Assembly: GCA_900088475.1 (NCBI GenBank)
Contig: FLMG01001795.1
Span: forward strand, 1-34,972
Reading direction: 5' to 3'
Origin: Hyphochytrium catenoides
Taxonomy: Eukaryota > Protista > Hyphochytriomycota
Length of the DNA stretch: 34,972 bases
The notes beneath the pieces were generated by a model that was not told the origin of the DNA, did not search any database, and saw only the letters and a program-made list of their open reading frames with translations. Below are positions 33,906 to 34,972 of this stretch, in pieces (the first letter of the stretch is position 1; each line of letters starts with the position of its first letter). A program made the translations under genes and the position numbers.

Positions 33906-34107
33906 NNNNNNNNNNNNNNNNNNNNNNNNNNNNNNNNNNNNNNNNNNNNNNNNNNNNNNNNNNNNNNNNNNNNNNNNNNNNNNNNNNNNNNNNNNNNNNN
34001 NNNNNNNNNNNNNNAGGCAGAGTTAAGGCTTAAGACTAGAGAAGATGAAGCGGGGCGGACAAGGAGGGTGACGGAGAAAGAAGGAAAGAAAGAAAGAGCG
34101 AGAGCAG

Positions 34108-34148
<41 letters not shown>

Positions 34149-34652
34149 GAGAAGAGAGAGAAGGAGGGTAAAAAGAGGAAAGAGAAGAAGGAGTGTAGAG
34201 GAGAAACAGCAAGTGAGAGCGTGTAGCAGACAGATTAAGAGAGAGAGGGCAAAGACAGAAGAAGAGAAGAGAGAGAGAAGCAAAGAAAAAGAAGAAATCA
34301 GGGAATGAGAAGCGAGAGAGGACCCAGGACAGGAGCCATAGAGGTATTCATCGTAGCCACAAAAGAAAGACACAAGGAAGAAGACGCCACTCATACGCTG
34401 GAGCGAGCGAGAGAGAGAGAGAGAGAGAGAGGAGAAGGCAGCGAAGAGAGAGTGACAGTCAAGAGGAAGAGAGGTTGGGAGAAGAGAAGGATATGTGTTG
34501 AACTGTGTGGGCAGATTAGAGTTTCCTCTCCTTTGCTCTTGACGCCTCCCTTCCCCTCCTGCGATCCCTGGCCGTCCCAGCGCCGCAGGCAAGAGCGTTC
34601 TTCGTGGTGCAAGACCCCGAAGGAGTTGCTGGGACACGAGCCGTCTGATCAT
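32262..34652 (-). CDS. DUF1640 / CCDC90 (MCUR1/Fmp32-like) mitochondrial coiled-coil protein, multi-exon, partly in assembly gaps
   Basis: Exons 34652-34495 (Arg-rich presequence ending FNT), an inferred exon in the gap, 33757-33675 (FTYEQAEAV), 33342-33267 (LATKGEHIELKAEL), 33043-32916, 32647-gap, 32323-32262 (VGFAGTILAVGLGIARLFA*). The F(D/N)T...GFT..QAE...ATK..coiled-coil..C-terminal TM layout is characteristic of the family. Confidence 0.85.
32499..32600. other. Assembly gap (N run) next to a GA microsatellite; interrupts a coding exon
   Basis: N run in the sequence. Confidence 0.99.
33460..33582. repeat. (GA)n/(TC)n microsatellite in an intron (others at ~135-185, 4380-4420, 4960-4990, 32468-32498, 33872-33905, 34110-34160)
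   Basis: Seen directly. Confidence 0.95.
33906..34014. other. Assembly gap (N run); probably hides the intron-1 acceptor and exon 2 of the DUF1640 gene
   Basis: N run. The family segment between FNT and xFTYEQAE is otherwise missing. Confidence 0.9.
34015..34494 (-). other. Putative U12-type (minor spliceosome) AT-AC intron 1 of the DUF1640 gene
   Basis: Minus-strand ATATCCTT at 34494-34487, exactly where coding similarity ends (TTC AAC AC|). CCTTAAC branch site at 34028-34022. The 3' splice site falls in the N-gap. Confidence 0.75.
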
Positions 34653-34972
34653 ATTTCTCTCTCGCTTCTCTCTCTCTCTCTCTCTCTCCTGAGAGAATCG
34701 GGTTGATAAGAGGACGGAGAGGAAAGACTGTAACGCGGGGAAGGACGGCTAAAACAGAAAGGGAGAGAGGCGGCAGGAGAGATAAACCGAGAACTGTAGG
34801 GCTAGTAGATTGGCCTTGGGGCCGGCGGACAAGAGACTAAGGAGGAAGCTTGTCCTCGAGTGGACGTACCGAGCTTGAGAGACAAGGTCTTGGAAGAAAG
34901 CCTCTGACCTTTGAACAGCGTTCCTTTACGCCAGTGATCAGCGTCCTCTCTCTCTTTCCTCTCTCTCTCTCT

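Noticed and set aside
34023-34494. Leu/Ser-rich tail of the 209-aa ORF, and similar SLSLSL or ERERER ORFs (e.g. 45-236, 4196-4567, 33312-33722)
   Set aside because: Translations of CT/GA microsatellite introns, not real coding sequence.
1-34972. CRISPR array, tRNA or rRNA genes
   Set aside because: No regularly spaced repeats or recognisable structural-RNA signatures were seen by eye; a covariance-model scan was not possible.

Overview
Eukaryotic genomic DNA from an intron-rich microbial eukaryote (early-diverging fungus or protist; the lineage cannot be fixed from this window). Introns carry CT/GA microsatellites and there are two N-gaps. From left to right: (1) 1-6.3 kb holds two diverged direct copies of a decayed element whose translated fragments match Fanzor1 (eukaryotic TnpB-like RNA-guided nuclease) motifs in order. 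The copies lost different parts and flank a possible tyrosine-recombinase relic. (2) A spliced TPR-like gene (6329-7789) whose frame is open back into Fanzor copy B, followed by a possible NOL6/Utp22 pseudogene fragment. (3) A >=17-exon CCDC171-like coiled-coil gene on the minus strand (~9127-17094). (4) A two-coding-exon Alba gene that the ORF track misses (18245-18641). (5) An intronless G6PD ending in PTS1 -SKL. (6) A decayed Ty1/copia RT-RNaseH. (7) An intronless 1319-aa protein with an unusual PLAC8-PLAC8-TM-NHL propeller-unknown domain architecture. (8) A DUF1640/CCDC90(MCUR1)-like gene whose first intron has U12-type AT-AC signals. All family calls come from manual translation and motif recognition from memory. 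No searches were run.
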